From: Planctomycetota bacterium
GTDB taxonomy: Bacteria > Planctomycetota > UBA1135 > UBA2386
Direction: 5' to 3'
Length of the DNA: 64,000 nt
NCBI GenBank assembly: GCA_041178545.1
Contig: JBEGVB010000009.1
Coordinates: forward strand, 33,276-97,275
Shown: positions 23,637 through 35,458 of the stretch, piece by piece
How the letters are laid out: every line of letters starts with the position of its first letter
How positions within the stretch are numbered: the first letter of the stretch is position 1
Notes under the pieces: model-generated
The model's database searches: none
Told to the model about the DNA's origin: nothing
What the model saw: only the letters and a program-made list of their open reading frames with translations
Translations under genes and position numbers: made by a program

Positions 23637-24644
23637 ATGTCCTCGGAGAAGTTCCTTGGCCAGCCCACGCAGATCGGTCCCTACCGCATCCTCGAGGTGA
23701 TCGGCGAGTGCGGCATGGGGACCATGGACCTCGCCGAGCCGCAAGCAACCGACGGCTGGCCGTTGCGCCACGTGCCGCCGCAGCGGGCGGTCGCGTGGCC
23801 CGTGATCGTGCTGGCGCTCGCCACGGAGATGGCTGCAGTGCTGCTGATGCAACTCGTCGTCTATCGCGATGCCGACCGCTGGGCGCCGTGGGCGGTGGAG
23901 ATCCGGCGCGCGACGGGCGGCATCGTCGGGTTCACCCTGATGGGGTGCGTGCTCCTGCAGGTTGTCGTGGTCGGCGTCGTGCTGATGGGCATCGGCCGGC
24001 TTCGTCCGATCGCGCTCGGACTCGACATCCGCAAGGTCGCGCCCGCCGTCGCATGGACATGCACGATCTGGCTGGCCGCCCTGCTCGTTTCGGTCGGGGT
24101 GGCCGCGATCGCGGGCGAGCGCGTGGCGCTGGACGACGGCTGGCAGGCCGGGAAGTGGTCCGTGACGGCGGGAGAGTGGCTCGGCCAGATCCTGGGCAAC
24201 GCGCCTTTCGAGGAGATCCTCTTCCGCGGCTTCCTGCTGCCGCAGTGCCTCTGGCTGTGCCTGCGCTGGCGCGGTGGCGCGTCCGACTGGAAGTCCATCC
24301 TCTTCGCGATGGTCCTGTCGCAGCTCATCTTCGCGCTCGGTCACATCCCGTTCAACCTGGTGAACGGCTCCGGGCAGGCGCAGCTGCTCGCCCAGTTCGC
24401 GATGGGCCTGCTGCTCTGCGGCGTGTACCTGCGCACGGGCAATCTCTTCCTGGCCATGGGCCTGCACGTGCTCACCAACAACCCCGGGCCGTTGCTCGCG
24501 GGCGGGCCGATCATGGAAAGCCTGCCGCGTGTCCTGGTGGGCGTCGGCATGCTCGTGGGCGTCACGATCGGGCCGTGGATCGCCGCACGGGGGCGAAGCA
24601 TTCGAGGCGGACCGGATCGGCGGACAGACGGCACGTCACGGTGA
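23637..24644 (+). CDS. CPBP (CAAX/Abi) intramembrane protease with a kinase-derived N-terminal ~35 aa
   Basis: ATG at 23637, 335 aa. EEILFRGFLL, FALGHIPFN and GLHVLTNN are CPBP motifs, with multiple TM segments. N-terminus IGPYRILEVIGECGMGTMDLAE copies the kinase Gly-rich loop region of 20850..23399. Confidence 0.75.
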   Translation: MSSEKFLGQPTQIGPYRILEVIGECGMGTMDLAEPQATDGWPLRHVPPQRAVAWPVIVLALATEMAAVLLMQLVVYRDADRWAPWAVEIRRATGGIVGFTLMGCVLLQVVVVGVVLMGIGRLRPIALGLDIRKVAPAVAWTCTIWLAALLVSVGVAAIAGERVALDDGWQAGKWSVTAGEWLGQILGNAPFEEILFRGFLLPQCLWLCLRWRGGASDWKSILFAMVLSQLIFALGHIPFNLVNGSGQAQLLAQFAMGLLLCGVYLRTGNLFLAMGLHVLTNNPGPLLAGGPIMESLPRVLVGVGMLVGVTIGPWIAARGRSIRGGPDRRTDGTSR

Positions 24645-24756
24645 CCGTCCGCCTCGCCGAGTCGGCCATCATCCGTTCCGTCGCCGGCAACTGCAGCGTC
24701 GCCTGCGCGAACGATTGCGCGTTTCGCATGGCGGTGGGAAGCGGAACGGTGGTCGG

Positions 24757-24993
24757 CGGCTGCGCTATCCGTGGGCGGAGCTGCTGATGCGGGTGTTCGG
24801 GATCGACTCGCTGCTGTGTCCGCATTGCGCGGATACGAGGCGCGTACTGGCGGCGATCCACGACCCGGAGTCGGTGCGAAAGGTGCTCGGGTCGCTGGGG
24901 CTGTCTGCGGAGGTGCCGGAGTTGGCGGCGTGCCGAGCGCCGCCGAGCGGTGGGGCTGGTGGTGAGGGCGGCGACGAAGGTGTCGCGGAGTGA
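24757..24993 (+). mobile_element. IS91-family-like transposase C-terminal remnant (fragment, no intact transposase)
   Basis: Translation RLRYPWAELLMRVFGIDSLLCPHCADTRRVLAAIHDPESVRKVLGSLGLSAEVPELAACRAPP matches my recollection of the conserved C-terminal tail of IS91/Y2-type transposases. No upstream catalytic region was found in any frame. Confidence 0.5.
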
Positions 24994-25233
24994 AACGAGA
25001 GGCGGTGCGGTGACCTCGCGGAGGTCGCGGCAGGGGATCGGTATGCCCGGTGGGCGGGAAGTGGGCTGCGAAGGGCTGCGCAACGGGGGGGAGTGCGCGG
25101 CTGGACGACGGCGCGTAGGTGGGGAAGGACGACGCAATGGGTTCCGGGTGGTCCTGGACCGCTGCTTGTTTTTCCTACGCGCCGGCGGCGAACGTGGTGC
25201 GGACCGCAACCCGTTGTCTGGAGTAGTGCCGCC

Positions 25234-26136
25234 ATGGCCGACCCGTCCGTGAACCCCGTGACGAAACTGTGGGAGTTCTACGACCTGCGCAGTGCGTGGG
25301 ACGGCACGTCCGATCCTCGCGCAATTGCCGTCCCGCAGCACCGGCCCGATGGCTCGTTCGAGGTCGACGCCGGCACTGGTGTCGTCTTCGTCCTCTTGCC
25401 CGGCGGCATCTTCACCATGGGTGCACAGAGCATGGACCCTTCCGGTCCCAACCACGAGCCGTTCTCGAACCCCGACGAGGCTCCGCACGAGTTGGGCCTG
25501 GAACCGTTCCTGCTGGCACGGCACGAACTCACCAAGGCCCAGTGGGAGCGCTTTGCCGGTGCCCAAGAGACCGGGTGGACCCTCGGGGTCAGTTACAGCG
25601 GCGACGCGACCCCGATCCTGGCCTCTCATCCTGCGGACCTCATGGACTGGGACACCGCGGTGCGCTGGCTGCAGCGTCACGGGATGAACCTGCCGACCGA
25701 GGCCCAGTGGGAGTACGGCGCACGCGCCGGGACCAAGACACCGTGGTGGCCCGGTTCCCGCGCCGAGGACCTACAGGGTTGTGCGAACGTGCACGACCGC
25801 AGTTCGTTCCAGCGGAGCCCGCAGTTGGGACAGCCCACCCCGATCGACGACGGCTTCCGCGCCATCGCCCCAGTGGGCAGTTTCCGGGCCAACCCGTTCG
25901 GCCTGTTCGACGTGCACGGCAACGTCTGGGAATGGTGCATGGACGGCTACGGGCCCTCTGGCACCCAGCGCGACGGTGACGGGTTGCGCACCGACGGCGC
26001 GAGGCACACGCGTGTGATCCGCGGCGGCGGCTACTCCGACGGCGCCCACCGCGGCCGTTCTGCGGCCCGGAACCTCTTCTCCTCGACGGTGCGCAATGGC
26101 TACCTCGGCCTCAGGGTTGCACGATCTCTGGAGTGA
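25234..26136 (+). CDS. stand-alone FGE-sulfatase (SUMF1-like) domain protein, paralog of the kinase C-terminal module
   Basis: ATG at 25234, 300 aa. NPVTKLWEFYDLRSAWDGTSDP..., LPTEAQWEYGARAG, NPFGLFDVHGNVWEWC, RGGGY. Start uncertain (the ORF opens at 25093). Confidence 0.7.
   Translation: MADPSVNPVTKLWEFYDLRSAWDGTSDPRAIAVPQHRPDGSFEVDAGTGVVFVLLPGGIFTMGAQSMDPSGPNHEPFSNPDEAPHELGLEPFLLARHELTKAQWERFAGAQETGWTLGVSYSGDATPILASHPADLMDWDTAVRWLQRHGMNLPTEAQWEYGARAGTKTPWWPGSRAEDLQGCANVHDRSSFQRSPQLGQPTPIDDGFRAIAPVGSFRANPFGLFDVHGNVWEWCMDGYGPSGTQRDGDGLRTDGARHTRVIRGGGYSDGAHRGRSAARNLFSSTVRNGYLGLRVARSLE
25250..25310 (+). repeat. 61-nt block identical to 22510-22570
   Basis: See the paired repeat. It begins 16 nt after the proposed start codon of the FGE-only gene. 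Confidence 0.9.
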
Positions 26137-26201
26137 GGGGTTCTCGGGCACGGGCAAGGGCCCGGTTGGCCCCGCCCACGGCCCCCGGTAGCGTCTCCAC
26201 C

Positions 26202-27656
26202 ATGGCTCGACCTGCACCCGCGTCCCGCCCCACGCGCCGCCGTTTCCTCGCGGGCGCGGCCGCTGCGTCGGCGACGCTGGTCCTGCAGGGCTGTGCTTCC
26301 GCGCGCGCGCGCCGCGTGCTGGGGGCCAACGAGGCGCTCCGGCTGGGGGTGGTGGGGCTCAACGGCCGCGGCAGCGAACTGGTCGGTTCGTTCCGCAGGG
26401 TGCCTGGCGTGCGCATTGCCGCGCTGTGCGACGTGGACCGCGCAGTGCTGGACCGTGCAGCGGTCGCCGCAGCCGGCCGCGGCGACCGGGTGGAGGTGTT
26501 CACCGACTACCGCCGGATGCTCGACTCGGGCAGCGTCGACGCCGTCGTCATCGCCACGCCCAACCACTGGCACGCACTCATGGGCGTGATGGCATGCGAG
26601 GCGGGCCTCGATGCCTACGTGGAGAAGCCGGTGAGCCACGACGTGTGGGAAGGCGCGCAACTCGCTGCCGCAGCGGAACGCCACGGGCGCGTGGTCGCGT
26701 GCGGCACCCAGTGCCGCAGCCACAGCGGCATGGCGGAGGCGATCGCGTTCGCGCGCAGCGGCGAGCTGGGTGCCATGAAGCTGGCGCGCGGGCTGTGCTA
26801 CAAGCGTCGTGCGTCGATCGGTCGGGCGGACGGGCCGCAGGCCCTTCCTGCAACGGTGGACGCAGACCTCTGGTTCGGGCCGGCACCCGTGGTGCCCGTG
26901 CAGCGCAGGCGGTTCCACTACGACTGGCACTGGCAGTGGGCGTACGGCAACGGGGACCTCGGCAACCAGGGCGTGCACCAGATGGACCTGTGCCGCTGGG
27001 CGGTGGGGGCGGAGGAACTGCCGCAGACGGTGCTCTCGGTCGGCGGCCGGCTCGGCTACGACGACGACGGCGAGACGCCCAACACCCAGCTGGTGTACGC
27101 GGACTACTCGCCGGTGCCCATCCTCTTCGAGGTGCGTGGACTGCCCGAGCGCGCGGGCAGCGAGAAGCTGGACAGCCACCTCGGTGCCCAGATCGGGCTC
27201 ACGCTGCACTGCGAGCACGGCACGGTGGTGGTCCACAGCTACACGGCCGGCTTCGCGCTGGACAACGCCGGCAAGCGCATCCGTGAGTTCAAGGGCGGTG
27301 GCGACCACTACGCCAACTTCGTGGCGGCCAGCCGTGCCGGCGACCCGCGGTTGCTGGCAGCAGACGCGCGCGCCGGGCACCTCAGCGCTGCGCTGTGCCA
27401 CCTGGGCAACGAGTCGGTGCGCCGGGGCAGGAGCCAGGGTCCCGAGGCAGTGGCCGCGGAGGTCGAGGCCAACGCGCACCTGCGCGAGGCCTTCGGTCGC
27501 ATGCGCACGCACCTGACCGAGAACGGCATCGCATGTCTCGGGCTCGAACGGTCCGACACGCTGTGGATGGGCGCACTGGCCAGGCCGGCACAGGACGAGA
27601 CGCTGTGGCGGCCACGCGGGTACCGGGCACCCTTCGTGCTGGAGGAACAGGCATGA
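26202..27656 (+). CDS. Gfo/Idh/MocA-family oxidoreductase with TAT signal
   Basis: ATG at 26202, 484 aa. SRPTRRRFLAGAAAASATLVLQGC, then LRLGVVGLNGRGSE...ALCDVD (Rossmann) and EKPVSH. Confidence 0.9.
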   Translation: MARPAPASRPTRRRFLAGAAAASATLVLQGCASARARRVLGANEALRLGVVGLNGRGSELVGSFRRVPGVRIAALCDVDRAVLDRAAVAAAGRGDRVEVFTDYRRMLDSGSVDAVVIATPNHWHALMGVMACEAGLDAYVEKPVSHDVWEGAQLAAAAERHGRVVACGTQCRSHSGMAEAIAFARSGELGAMKLARGLCYKRRASIGRADGPQALPATVDADLWFGPAPVVPVQRRRFHYDWHWQWAYGNGDLGNQGVHQMDLCRWAVGAEELPQTVLSVGGRLGYDDDGETPNTQLVYADYSPVPILFEVRGLPERAGSEKLDSHLGAQIGLTLHCEHGTVVVHSYTAGFALDNAGKRIREFKGGGDHYANFVAASRAGDPRLLAADARAGHLSAALCHLGNESVRRGRSQGPEAVAAEVEANAHLREAFGRMRTHLTENGIACLGLERSDTLWMGALARPAQDETLWRPRGYRAPFVLEEQA

Positions 27657-30184
27657 ACCCGCGCTGGCGCCGGCTCCTCTGTGCTGCACTCGCGTCGGCT
27701 GGGCCGCTGTTCGCACAGCAGGGCGACCGCAAGGACGAGGTGCAGCAGGACCTGCCCCCGGACCTCGCGGTGCCGCCTGCCTCGGTGCGCAGCCCCGCCG
27801 AGGAACTTGCCACGTTCCGGGTGCAACCGGGCCACCGCGTCGAACTGGTGGCCGCCGAGCCGCTGGTGGGCGACCCCGTGGTCGCGCGCTTCGACGAGTT
27901 CCACCGGCTGTGGGTGGTGGAGATGCGCGGTTACATGCCGGACGTGGACGGGCGTGGCGAGGACCAGCCCGTGGGGCGCATCGTGGTGCTGCAGGACGAA
28001 GACGGGGACGGCAGGATGGACCGTTCCACGCCGTTCCTCGAGCAGCTGGTGCTCCCTCGCGGGGTGCTGCCGCTGCGCGGCGGCGCGCTCGCGATCGTGC
28101 CACCCAACCTCTACTGGTGCCCCGACGCGGACGGCGACCTGCGCGCCGACCGCATGGAGCCCGTTGGCGACGGCTTCGATGCCGGCACCACCAACCCCGA
28201 GCACTCCGGCAACGGGCTGCTGTGGGGCCTCGACAACCGGGTCCACCTCGCGAACCACCCGTGGTCGTACCGGCGCAACGCGGACGGGACGTGGGAGCGG
28301 CTCCCGGCTGCCGGTCACGGCCAGTGGGGCCTGGCGCAGGACGACGTCGGCCGGCTGTTCTTCAACTACAACAGCGACTGGCTGCGCGGCGACCTCGTCC
28401 CCGGTGCCCATGCCGTGGCGCGGCGCGGGCTCGGCGGCCTCGGCGGCACCAACGTGCAGCTCACCGCGGACCAGTCCGTGTTCCCGGCGCGCGTGACCCC
28501 GGGTGTCAACCGCGGCTACCAGCCCGGCATGCTGGTGGACGGGGTGCTGCAGCGGAACAGTGCCGTGTGCGGCGTGGCCGTGTACCGCGGCGGCGTGCAC
28601 CCGGAGCTGCAAGGTGACGTGTTCGTGTGCGAGCCCGCCGGCAACCTGGTGCGTCGCTTCAAGGTCCAGGGCGACGACGGCGCGCTCCAGGCCGCCAACC
28701 CGCACGGCAAGGCCGAGTTCCTCGCCTCGGTGGACGAGCGCTTCCGCCCGGTGGACCTGACCATGGGGCCCGAGGGCGCGCTGTACGTGGTGGACATGTA
28801 CCGCGGCGTGATCCAGCACAAGAACTTCGTCACGACCTTCCTGCGCAAGCAGGTCCTGGCCCGCGGCCTCGAGCGGCCCATCGGCCTCGGCCGCATCTGG
28901 CGTGTCGTGCCCGAGGACGTGGGCGCGCTGCAGCGTCCGGAGCCGCTGGGTGCGATGACCGACGCGCAACTGGTGGCAGGGCTCGCCTCCACAAGCGGGT
29001 CGCGCCGCGACACGGCGCAACGGTTGCTGGTCGAGCGCCGCGCGGGCGCGGTGGCACCGACGTTGCGGGCGATGGTGCGCGACGCAAGCGTGCGCACCAC
29101 GACGCGCATCCACGCCCTCTGGGTGCTGGAGGGCACGGGTGCCTTGCTGCGCGACGACGTGCTGTGGGGGCTGCACTCGGACGAGCCATGGCTGCAGGCA
29201 CATGCACTCCGCGCTGCCGCCCCATGGCTGCGCCGCGGGGACCGCCCGGTGGTGGAGATCGCGCTCCTTGCCGCCGCCGAGGGCGCGCGCGTGGTGCAGC
29301 GCCAGCTCGCGCTCTCGCTGGCGGCGGTGCCGCAGCCGCGGCGCGCCGACGCACTCGCCCGGCTTGCCGGGTGCGACCTCGGCGACGCCTGGCTCCGCTC
29401 GGCCCTCGCTGCGGGCGCCGACGGGGCGGAGGAGTCGTTCGTGGCCGCCCTCGGCCGTGCGTGGGGCACTGCCGAGCAACCCGGCCGTGCCGACCTGCTG
29501 CGCCAGCTCGCACGCGGTCTCACGGCCTCGCGCGCGGCAGGGCGGCAGGACCGGTTGTTCTCGCTGGCCGCCGGTGCCCCTGCCGTGTGGCAGCAGCAGG
29601 CGCTGTTGCGCGGGGCGGTGGACGCGCTGCCCAAGGGCACTGCCCGCGCCGGCTGGATGACCTTCGTCAGCACGCCCACGGGACTCGCTGCCGTGCAGCG
29701 ACAGGGCGACAAGGAACTGGGCAAGCTCACCACCGAGCTGCTCTCGGCCGTGGCGCTCAAGACCCCCGAGGTGGAGGTCGACGCCGACGCATCCGACCCG
29801 GCGGTTGCCGCACTCGTGTCCGCCGGCAGCAGGGTGTACGCCGCGCACTGTGCTGCATGCCACCAGCCCGACGGGCGCGGCATGCGTGGGCTGGCGCCCC
29901 CGGTGCGGGACTCGGAGTGGGTGACCGGCGACCCGGGCAGGCTCGCCCGCATCGTGCTGCACGGTGTCCGTGGGCCGATCGAGGTGGCAGGCGAGTCCTG
30001 GGACCTCGAGATGCCGGCGCAGAAGTTCCTTGCCGACAGTGACCTCGCGGCCGCCCTCACCTACCTGCGTCGCTCGTGGGGCCACCGGGCCACGGCCGTG
30101 CGGGACGTGGACGTGGCGCGGGAGCGCGAGGCAACCAAGGACCGCAAGGGGCCCTGGACCGCGGCGGAACTCGGCGGGCCGTAG
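27653..30184 (+). CDS. PVC-type membrane-bound-dehydrogenase-domain / HEAT / CxxCH heme-binding protein
   Basis: ATG at 27653 overlaps the upstream stop (ATGA) and follows GGAGGAACAG. 843 aa. Signal peptide, [22 protein letters not shown]...[12 protein letters not shown]-domain, C-terminal [11 protein letters not shown] heme motif. Confidence 0.85.
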   Translation: MNPRWRRLLCAALASAGPLFAQQGDRKDEVQQDLPPDLAVPPASVRSPAEELATFRVQPGHRVELVAAEPLVGDPVVARFDEFHRLWVVEMRGYMPDVDGRGEDQPVGRIVVLQDEDGDGRMDRSTPFLEQLVLPRGVLPLRGGALAIVPPNLYWCPDADGDLRADRMEPVGDGFDAGTTNPEHSGNGLLWGLDNRVHLANHPWSYRRNADGTWERLPAAGHGQWGLAQDDVGRLFFNYNSDWLRGDLVPGAHAVARRGLGGLGGTNVQLTADQSVFPARVTPGVNRGYQPGMLVDGVLQRNSAVCGVAVYRGGVHPELQGDVFVCEPAGNLVRRFKVQGDDGALQAANPHGKAEFLASVDERFRPVDLTMGPEGALYVVDMYRGVIQHKNFVTTFLRKQVLARGLERPIGLGRIWRVVPEDVGALQRPEPLGAMTDAQLVAGLASTSGSRRDTAQRLLVERRAGAVAPTLRAMVRDASVRTTTRIHALWVLEGTGALLRDDVLWGLHSDEPWLQAHALRAAAPWLRRGDRPVVEIALLAAAEGARVVQRQLALSLAAVPQPRRADALARLAGCDLGDAWLRSALAAGADGAEESFVAALGRAWGTAEQPGRADLLRQLARGLTASRAAGRQDRLFSLAAGAPAVWQQQALLRGAVDALPKGTARAGWMTFVSTPTGLAAVQRQGDKELGKLTTELLSAVALKTPEVEVDADASDPAVAALVSAGSRVYAAHCAACHQPDGRGMRGLAPPVRDSEWVTGDPGRLARIVLHGVRGPIEVAGESWDLEMPAQKFLADSDLAAALTYLRRSWGHRATAVRDVDVAREREATKDRKGPWTAAELGGP

Positions 30185-30247
30185 GCGTCCGGTGCCGTTG
30201 CCGCAGGGGTGCAAGTTGTGCCGCCTGCGCCTATCGTGGCGCGCCCC

Positions 30248-31426
30248 ATGGACCCCTTCGCACCACAGAAATCCGATCGCTTCACGTTTGGCCTCTGGAC
30301 CGTCGGCAACCCGGGCAGGGACCCGTTCGGCGACGCAGTGCGACCGGTGCAGGACCCGTGCCACCTCGTGCGCAAGCTCGCCGAGTGCGGCGCATGGGGC
30401 GTCAACCTGCACGACAACGACCTCGTGCCGTTCGGCGCCAGCGCGGGCGAGCGCGACCGCATCGTGCGCGACTTCAAGCAGGCGCTGAAGGACCACGGGA
30501 TGGTGGTGCCGATGGCGACCACCAACCTGTTCAGCCACCCGGTGTTCAAGGACGGGGCCTTCAGTGCCAACGACCCCAAGGTGCGTGCCTTCGCGCTGCA
30601 GAAGACCATGCACGCCATCGACCTGGGCGTCGAGCTGGGGGCGAAGACCTACGTGTTCTGGGGCGGCCGCGAGGGCACCGAGGCGGATGCGTGCCGCGAC
30701 CCGCGCACGGCGATGCTGCGCATGCGCGAGGCGATGGACTTCCTCTGCGGCTACGTGAAGGACAACGGCTACGACCTGCGCTTCGCCCTCGAGGCCAAGC
30801 CCAACGAGCCGCGCTCGGACATCTACCTGCCGACCACCGGCCACATGCTGCACTTCATCAGCACGCTGAAGCACCCCGAGATGGTGGGTGTGAACCCGGA
30901 GGTCGCCCACGAGGTGATGGCAGGCCTGAGCTTCGCCCACAACGTGGCGCAGGCGATGGAACAGGACAAGCTGTTCCACATCGACCTCAACGGCCAGAAG
31001 ATCGGCCGCTACGACCAGGACCTGCGCTTCGGCAGCGAGGACGTGAAGGGCGCCTTCCTGCTGGTGCGCCTGCTGGAGGGCACCTGCGGCGGCAAGCGGT
31101 ACACGGGCCCGCTGCACTTCGACGCGCACGCCTACCGCACGGAGGACGAGGACGGCGTCTGGGACTTCGCCAAGGGCTGCATGCGCACCTACCTGATCCT
31201 CAAGGCGCGGGCCAAGGCCTTCGACGCCGACCCCGAGGTGCGTGCGCTCGTTGCCGAGCAGCGCGACGCGCAGCTGGACCCGCTGCTGAGCGGCGGCTAC
31301 AGCCGCGAGAAGGCGACGGCCCTCAAGTCCGCGGGCATCGACGTCGCCACGGTGGCCCGCCGCGGCCTCCGCTACGAGCGCCTCGACCAGCTCTTGATCG
31401 AGCACCTGATGGGGGTCCGCAGCTGA
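30248..31426 (+). CDS. xylA: xylose isomerase, class I (short form)
   Basis: 392 aa. [43 protein letters not shown] and HIDLNGQ are conserved XylA metal and catalytic motifs. Confidence 0.9.
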   Translation: MDPFAPQKSDRFTFGLWTVGNPGRDPFGDAVRPVQDPCHLVRKLAECGAWGVNLHDNDLVPFGASAGERDRIVRDFKQALKDHGMVVPMATTNLFSHPVFKDGAFSANDPKVRAFALQKTMHAIDLGVELGAKTYVFWGGREGTEADACRDPRTAMLRMREAMDFLCGYVKDNGYDLRFALEAKPNEPRSDIYLPTTGHMLHFISTLKHPEMVGVNPEVAHEVMAGLSFAHNVAQAMEQDKLFHIDLNGQKIGRYDQDLRFGSEDVKGAFLLVRLLEGTCGGKRYTGPLHFDAHAYRTEDEDGVWDFAKGCMRTYLILKARAKAFDADPEVRALVAEQRDAQLDPLLSGGYSREKATALKSAGIDVATVARRGLRYERLDQLLIEHLMGVRS

Positions 31427-31428
31427 GC

Positions 31429-33036
<1,608 letters not shown>

Positions 33037-33043
33037 ACCAGGC

Positions 33044-34519
33044 ATGTCCGGCACCAACTCACGTCACTACCTCGGCTTCGACGTCGGCACGCAGGGCACC
33101 AAGGCCCTGCTCGTGGACGCGGTCGGCAAACGCGTCGTCGCACGCGCAGCCGTGTCCCACGGCTTGCTCGAGGGCCTGCCACCAGGGGCCGCGGAACAGC
33201 ACCCGCACACGTGGGTCGATGCCGTGCAGGCAACGGCCCGGCAGGTGCTGCAGGGCGTGGACCCGGCGAGCGTGCACGGGGTCGGCGTGTCGGGCCAGCA
33301 GCACGGCTGCGTGGTGCTCGACGCGAGCGGTGCCGTGGTGCGGCCGGCCAAGCTCTGGTGCGACACCTCGACTGCCGCCGAGGCGCGCGAGCTGTCGGTT
33401 GCGCTGGGACGCGCGGTTCCCACCGGGTTCACCGCCAGCAAGTTGACCTGGATGAAGCGGCACGAGCCGGCGAACTGGCAGCGCGTGCGTTCGGTGCTGC
33501 TGCCACACGACTACGTGAACTTCCGGCTCACCGGTCGCATGGTGATGGAGGCAGGGGACGCGAGCGGCACCGGCTGGTTCGACGTGCAGCAGCGGCGTTT
33601 CGACGCCCGCGCCATGGCGGCCGTGGACGTGGGGCTCGCGGGCCTGCTGCCGCCACTCGTCGGTGCAGGCGAGCCAGCCGGCGTCCTCGACGCGGCTGGT
33701 GCGCGGTTGCTCGGCTTGCGCGAGGGCACCCTCGTCTCCGCAGGCGGTGGCGACAACATGATGAGCGCCATCGGCTCCGGTGCCACGCGGCCCGGCGTGG
33801 TGGTCTGCAGCCTCGGCACCTCGGGCACGGTGTTCACCTGGAGTGCGACTCCCGTGGTGGACCCCGCCGGACTCATCGCGCCGTTCTGCAGCTCCGACGG
33901 CGGCTGGCTGCCGCTGTTGTGCGTGATGAACCTCACGGGCGTGACCGAGGAGGTGAAGGCTGCGTTCGGGGCGGACCACGGAGCCCTCACCGAGGCCGCG
34001 TCGCGTGTGGTGGCCGGGTGCGACGGCCTGTTGTGGATGCCGTTCCTCCAGGGTGAGCGCGTCCCTGACCTGCCCACGGCCACCGGCACGCTGCTCGGCA
34101 TGCGGCCGGGCCTGCTGCGCGCAGGCCACCTCTACCGGGCGGCACTCGAGGGCACCTCGCTCAACCTCGGCTGGGGTGTCGACCGGTTGCGAGGGCTGGG
34201 CATCGGCGTCGGGGAGGTGCGACTCGTGGGCGGTGCTGCACGCAACGAGCTGTGGCGCAAGATCCTTGCTGCCGTGCTGGGTGCGCGCGTCGTGCCCCTC
34301 GCGGAGCCGGAGTCCGGTGCGCTGGGCGCGGCACTGCAGGCCCTGTGGACCGACCGGCGCCGCAGCGATCCACGCGCAGACCTCACCGAGCTTGCGGCAC
34401 CGTTCGTCCAGCTCGCACCCGGGGCCGTGGACCCCGACCCTGCCCTCGTCGCGACCTACCGGGACCTGTCCGTCCGCTACGCGCGCGAGGTGGAGCGGCT
34501 GTCAGCGGTGCAGGGCTGA
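33044..34519 (+). CDS. xylB: xylulokinase (FGGY family)
   Basis: 491 aa. YLGFDVGTQGTKALLVD, GVSGQQHGCVVLD, GGGDNMMSAIG, GGAARNELWRKILA. Confidence 0.85.
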   Translation: MSGTNSRHYLGFDVGTQGTKALLVDAVGKRVVARAAVSHGLLEGLPPGAAEQHPHTWVDAVQATARQVLQGVDPASVHGVGVSGQQHGCVVLDASGAVVRPAKLWCDTSTAAEARELSVALGRAVPTGFTASKLTWMKRHEPANWQRVRSVLLPHDYVNFRLTGRMVMEAGDASGTGWFDVQQRRFDARAMAAVDVGLAGLLPPLVGAGEPAGVLDAAGARLLGLREGTLVSAGGGDNMMSAIGSGATRPGVVVCSLGTSGTVFTWSATPVVDPAGLIAPFCSSDGGWLPLLCVMNLTGVTEEVKAAFGADHGALTEAASRVVAGCDGLLWMPFLQGERVPDLPTATGTLLGMRPGLLRAGHLYRAALEGTSLNLGWGVDRLRGLGIGVGEVRLVGGAARNELWRKILAAVLGARVVPLAEPESGALGAALQALWTDRRRSDPRADLTELAAPFVQLAPGAVDPDPALVATYRDLSVRYAREVERLSAVQG

Positions 34520-35413
34520 GGCTGCTGCTGCCGCGGGGTCGACGTCCGCGCCTGCGAGCACCAGCGTGTAGCGCAGTTGCAGCGGTTGTTGGGGGTGCAC
34601 GCGTGCCGTGAAGGTCGAGCCGAACCGTCCATAGGGCCTGGAGCTGTAGCGGTTGGGGCGCGGGTTGGTCGGGTGGTCGACGTGCACCACGGTGACGGGG
34701 CCGCCCTCCAACGGCAGCACGGCGGCCGTCCAGTCGGCATGGGTCCAGATGTCGTTGCCCTCGTCCGTGGCCCCCTCGGGTCGCAGGTACGAGACCTTGG
34801 GCTGGTCCTTCTCGGCAAAGCGTTGCAGTGCGCGGAACTGGACGCCTGCATGGTGCGGGTCGCCGTCCAGCAGCACCTCGTCCGTCGTCGCGCGCAGTTC
34901 CACGTCGAGGTCGAGCGCAGTCGTGGTCGCATCGACCTTGCGCGCGCGCAGGCCGCGCACCTCGGTCACGAGGTGACGGCCCGCGCCGTCCCGCCAGGCG
35001 ATCTCCGCGACCTGCCACTCGGGCCCCTTGCCGTGCTCGGTTGCAGGCACCCAGCGCACGAGCCGCAGGGTCTCGCCCTTGCGACAGTGCCAGAAGTCCC
35101 ACACGGGCGCCTTCTCGTCCGCCGCAAGGCGCACGCGGTTCCAGCCGAGGAACAGCCCGCGGTGGTGCGGGTAGTCGCCGCCCTGGGCCTTGGTCAGCAG
35201 GCGGCCGTCCGGACTCCACACCATGTGGAAGACCTTGCACGTCTCCTCGGCACGCGCAGGCTCGTAGGCTGTCATGGCGCGTGCGACCAGTCGGCCGTCG
35301 AGCCGCACGTCGCCGGGCCGGACCTCGTCCTCGGCCCGTCCGGCTGCACTCGTGCACGCACCGAGGGCCAGCAGGAGCAGCGGGAGCAGGGCGCGCGCGG
35401 GACGGCGTTGCAT
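34502..35413 (-). CDS. PmoA-family (PF14100/DUF6807-like) lipoprotein
   Basis: ATG at 35413 gives MQRRPARALLPLLLLALGAC. DYPHHRGLFLGWNRV, DFWHC and DPHHAGVQFR resemble PmoA-family proteins. Its 3' end overlaps xylB by 18 nt (convergent). Confidence 0.7.
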   Translation of the reverse strand: MQRRPARALLPLLLLALGACTSAAGRAEDEVRPGDVRLDGRLVARAMTAYEPARAEETCKVFHMVWSPDGRLLTKAQGGDYPHHRGLFLGWNRVRLAADEKAPVWDFWHCRKGETLRLVRWVPATEHGKGPEWQVAEIAWRDGAGRHLVTEVRGLRARKVDATTTALDLDVELRATTDEVLLDGDPHHAGVQFRALQRFAEKDQPKVSYLRPEGATDEGNDIWTHADWTAAVLPLEGGPVTVVHVDHPTNPRPNRYSSRPYGRFGSTFTARVHPQQPLQLRYTLVLAGADVDPAAAAASALHR

Positions 35414-35458
35414 GGTCGGAGAGGATGCGCCGCGGTGCACCGGACCGCAACCGGCTCC

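Noticed and set aside
24529-24993. 154-aa ORF as an intact transposase or small gene
   Set aside because: Only the last ~78 codons resemble a transposase tail. The first half overlaps the CPBP gene 3' end out of frame, and no catalytic Y2/HUH region exists nearby. I treated it as a remnant.
25140-25185. Possible terminator (GGTGGT..ACCGCT stem followed by TTGTTTTT) after the IS91-like remnant
   Set aside because: The stem needs two G-U pairs and a 5-nt loop, and the T run is interrupted. This is too weak to call, and it could equally be part of an IS end.
27308-31405. 1365-aa ORF on the - strand
   Set aside because: It is antisense to the PVC-type heme protein and xylA, both with strong family motifs. 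The composition is that of a shadow ORF.
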